DNA from: an uncultured Planctomycetaceae bacterium
Lineage (GTDB): Bacteria; Planctomycetota; Planctomycetia; Planctomycetales; Planctomycetaceae
Length of the DNA: 64,000 nucleotides
Assembly: GCA_963815195.1 (NCBI GenBank)
Contig: CAWFGE010000007.1
Span: 160,001 to 224,000, forward strand
Reading direction: 5' to 3'
Each line of letters starts with the position of its first letter. Within the stretch, counting starts at the first letter, position 1. The position numbers and the translations under genes were made by a program. Of the stretch, positions 61,490-64,000 are shown one piece after another. A model generated the notes under the pieces. It was given only the letters and a program-made list of their open reading frames with translations, was not told where the DNA came from and searched no databases.

Positions 61490-62464
61490 ATGCCTGCCGA
61501 ATCTGCTTTCATCGACGCCATCCGCGACACGCCCGACGACCTGACGTTGCGGCTCGTGTATGCGGATTGGCTGGACGAAGCCGGCGATTCGCGGGGCGAA
61601 TTGATTCGGCTGCAATGCGAACTCGACGGTGTCCCGCTGGGCGATCCCCGGCGGAACGTCCTGCGGGAATCGATTCAGCGATTGATCCTCGAACACCAAT
61701 CGGAATGGCTCGCACCGCTCCGCAAGCGTGTGTTGGGCTGGCAGCAGGCGCGGTTGGAGTTCGGCCTGGCGGAGAACGTCGCGATGTCGCCGGCGGCGTT
61801 TGTCAAACACGCCGAGACCGGCTTGTTCGAAGAGATGCCCCACCTCGTCGGCGTATGGCTCCAAGGGGCTGAAAAACCGCTGCTCAAAGCCGTGGACTCG
61901 CCCGGTCTCTCGCGGCTGATGTCTCTGACCTTGAGCGTTTTTGGTCCCCTCCGCACCGAAACGCTCTTAGACCGCCTGGCTTCGACGCCCGGCGTTCGCC
62001 ATCTCACGACGCTCAACCTGGGCAACGGGCGGTATGGCGACGAGGGAATCGCCCGGTTGCTCGGGTCGCCTCATTTGCCCCGGCTCAGGCGGCTGAACCT
62101 TCAGAACAATTCCCTCACCGCGCGCACGGCGGCAGCCCTGGTCGAGTCGCCGATCTTGCCAGAACTCCGGCTGTTGGCTTTGGGGTCGCGGTGGGAGCAC
62201 GGCACGAACGGCCTGGGCGACGCGGGCGTGCGGCTGTTGGCGGAATGTCGTTCAAAGCTCCCGCTCCGCTGGCTGGATTTGATGGGCAACCATCTCAGCG
62301 ATTCGAGCGCCTGGGACCTGGCTCACTCTTCCTGCTTCGACGATCTCGAATGCTTGTACCTGGGTGGCAACCGCTTCGGCAACGCGAGCCGCACGGCTTT
62401 GGACGCCCGGTTCCCGAACCGCGTGTATTACGCCGTCTGCGAACCTGAATGCGGCTGCCGCTGA
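61490..62464 (+). CDS. TIGR02996-domain leucine-rich repeat protein
   Basis: AFIDAIRDTPDDLTLRLVYADWLDEAGDSRGELIRLQ followed by LxxLxLxxN repeats. Confidence 0.92.
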   Translation: MPAESAFIDAIRDTPDDLTLRLVYADWLDEAGDSRGELIRLQCELDGVPLGDPRRNVLRESIQRLILEHQSEWLAPLRKRVLGWQQARLEFGLAENVAMSPAAFVKHAETGLFEEMPHLVGVWLQGAEKPLLKAVDSPGLSRLMSLTLSVFGPLRTETLLDRLASTPGVRHLTTLNLGNGRYGDEGIARLLGSPHLPRLRRLNLQNNSLTARTAAALVESPILPELRLLALGSRWEHGTNGLGDAGVRLLAECRSKLPLRWLDLMGNHLSDSSAWDLAHSSCFDDLECLYLGGNRFGNASRTALDARFPNRVYYAVCEPECGCR

Positions 62465-62473
62465 GATCCAAAG

Positions 62474-62533
62474 AAAAACCGCACCGGGCGCGCGGATGAG
62501 GCGCGGCGGTGCGGCGACCGTTCGGTTTTTTTT
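62474..62533 (+). terminator. Probable intrinsic terminator
   Basis: CCGCACCG...CGGTGCGG stem and a short CCG-TT-CGG hairpin followed by a T8 run. Confidence 0.5.
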
Positions 62534-62985
62534 CACGCCGATTGCGAACCTTTTTGAAAAGCCCGCGGGCGTGCTGCCTGGATTCGTTGACCTTATAAGC
62601 CCTTTCCGAATCGAGGCCCGGATATCCGGTGGAGGGAGGTTTTTCGGGAGGAGGACAGTCTCGAATCCGGGCCGCCAATGATTGCGCAATCGTTTCTTTG
62701 CTGCCCTAACCTGCCGCAGCAAAGGGGCCGGCGAACCGGAAACCCACATCAAGGTGGAGTTCCCAAAAATCGTCCCTCTAATCTATAGGAGGGACTTTGC
62801 GCCACAAGGGGAAAAATCGGCGTAAGCCCCGGGGCGGAAACGATTACGGAGAGGAAAACCTTTGCGGAAGCGAAGTCGCGGCCAGGCCGCTTTCATGGGG
62901 CGAACGCTGGGACTGGGACTGCGGCCGGTCTCCGCTTAGAATGGACTTTGCATCGATTTCTCCGAACCCGTTGGGAGCGAGCGGC

Positions 62986-64000
62986 ATGTTGCGATCCACG
63001 CCCGGACGAATCCTCATCGTCATCGGCCTTGTCTCGTGTGCGGGACTTGCCATCGGGGACAAACCCGCCGCGGAGAAATCGGGGCCCCGCCTCAAAACCC
63101 AGCGGCGGGAGCCCGCGGCCCTTGTCGTTCAGGGAAATTACCTGCTCGCGGCGAATCGGCAAAGCGGCACGATCACCGTCATCGATCGCAGCCGCGGAAC
63201 GATCCTGGCGGAACATGCCATCGCCGATCGGATTTCGGACGTGGCCTCCGTGCCCGGGGCTTCATGTCTGCTCGTCGTCGACGACCAGCGGCGGCAGTTG
63301 TTTTGCGTTCGTTGGGAAGAGGACCGACCCGCGGTTCGGAACATCGCTGAGCTGCCGATCGCCGGCTCCCAACTGGTTTTCGATGAAGACCGGCGAATCG
63401 CGTATATCACCGCGAAGTGGTCCCATCGGCTGTTGGCGGTGACGCTGAATGACGATCTGGAGCAAGCGGGCCCGATTCAATCGCTCGAACTTCCATTGGC
63501 TCCGCGGGAACTTTTGCTGCTTCCCGAACAGAAAACGCTGATTGTCGCGGACGCTTTCGGAGGACGCCTCGCCGTTGTGGATGCGGAGAAACTGGCTCTC
63601 GCAGGCGTTCGCGAAACCCAAGGCCACAACATTCGCGGCCTGGCTTTGAGTGCGGATGGAAAGAGCGTGTTGATCGCACATCAACAGATTCCGGACGGGG
63701 CCTTGGCGGATTACGAGGAAGTCCATTGGGGGCGGATGATCTCCAACGCGGTCGAAGTCGTGGGCATCTCCAAATTGATCAACGGCGACGACTCCAAGAC
63801 GGTTGAAGGCTGGCTGGACAGGTTCGGAGACGTGGGCAGTGCGATGGCGGATCCCAGCGGCGTGCTCGCCGGGCCGGGCGGTTTGACGGCGGTCGCGTTC
63901 TCGGGCGTCGGCGAAGTTGCGGTCGATTACAAGGGCTATAAAAAACGCATTCCCGTGGGAACTTTCCCCGCCGCAATGACGGCCGCGGGCGGCCGGCTGT
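62986..64000 (+). CDS. Secreted YVTN-like beta-propeller protein (partial; such proteins often end in a cytochrome c peroxidase domain)
   Basis: Open frame to the window end, absent from the ORF track: MLRSTPGRILIVIGLVSCAGLA...AANRQSGTITVID...VADAFGGRLAVVD...GHNIRGLALSADG. Confidence 0.75.
   Translation, partial: MLRSTPGRILIVIGLVSCAGLAIGDKPAAEKSGPRLKTQRREPAALVVQGNYLLAANRQSGTITVIDRSRGTILAEHAIADRISDVASVPGASCLLVVDDQRRQLFCVRWEEDRPAVRNIAELPIAGSQLVFDEDRRIAYITAKWSHRLLAVTLNDDLEQAGPIQSLELPLAPRELLLLPEQKTLIVADAFGGRLAVVDAEKLALAGVRETQGHNIRGLALSADGKSVLIAHQQIPDGALADYEEVHWGRMISNAVEVVGISKLINGDDSKTVEGWLDRFGDVGSAMADPSGVLAGPGGLTAVAFSGVGEVAVDYKGYKKRIPVGTFPAAMTAAGGRL

Noticed and set aside
62695..62900. Possible riboswitch or ncRNA upstream of the last gene
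   Set aside because: Some stems are possible but no recognisable Rfam consensus; a covariance-model search is needed

Overview
GC-rich bacterial chromosome segment, very likely a planctomycete (Planctomycetota). Lineage-typical genes support this: DUF1549/DUF1553, DUF1592/DUF1552, DUF1080, a TIGR02996-LRR protein and GYF_2/DUF4190. It holds about 40 genes, mostly housekeeping or envelope functions (folP, kdsA, pqiA/pqiB-like, an M16 protease, a yhaO/yhaN-like nuclease-ATPase pair, a CDF transporter and a Ser/Thr kinase-FHA protein). The accessory content has four parts. (1) A decayed polymorphic-toxin cassette array at about 19.25-26.77 kb. It has a beta-helix-like repeat stalk, a Tox-REase-5-like tip with an Imm52-like partner, a 472-bp duplicated stalk segment and REP-like elements at the cassette ends. 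Two IS elements (IS1380 and IS4 families) sit inside it, and removing them restores open frames. (2) Two single-gene, lower-GC inserts inside operons, each bounded by periodic inverted repeats: an Imm1-like gene and a divergent ribosomal protein bS21 homolog. (3) A type II restriction-modification module with a divergent HTH controller. (4) At least five families of REP-like palindromes. About ten single-base frameshifts between 30 and 58 kb are probably assembly errors. No rRNA, tRNA or CRISPR array was seen. All family calls come from motifs read by eye; no database search was run.
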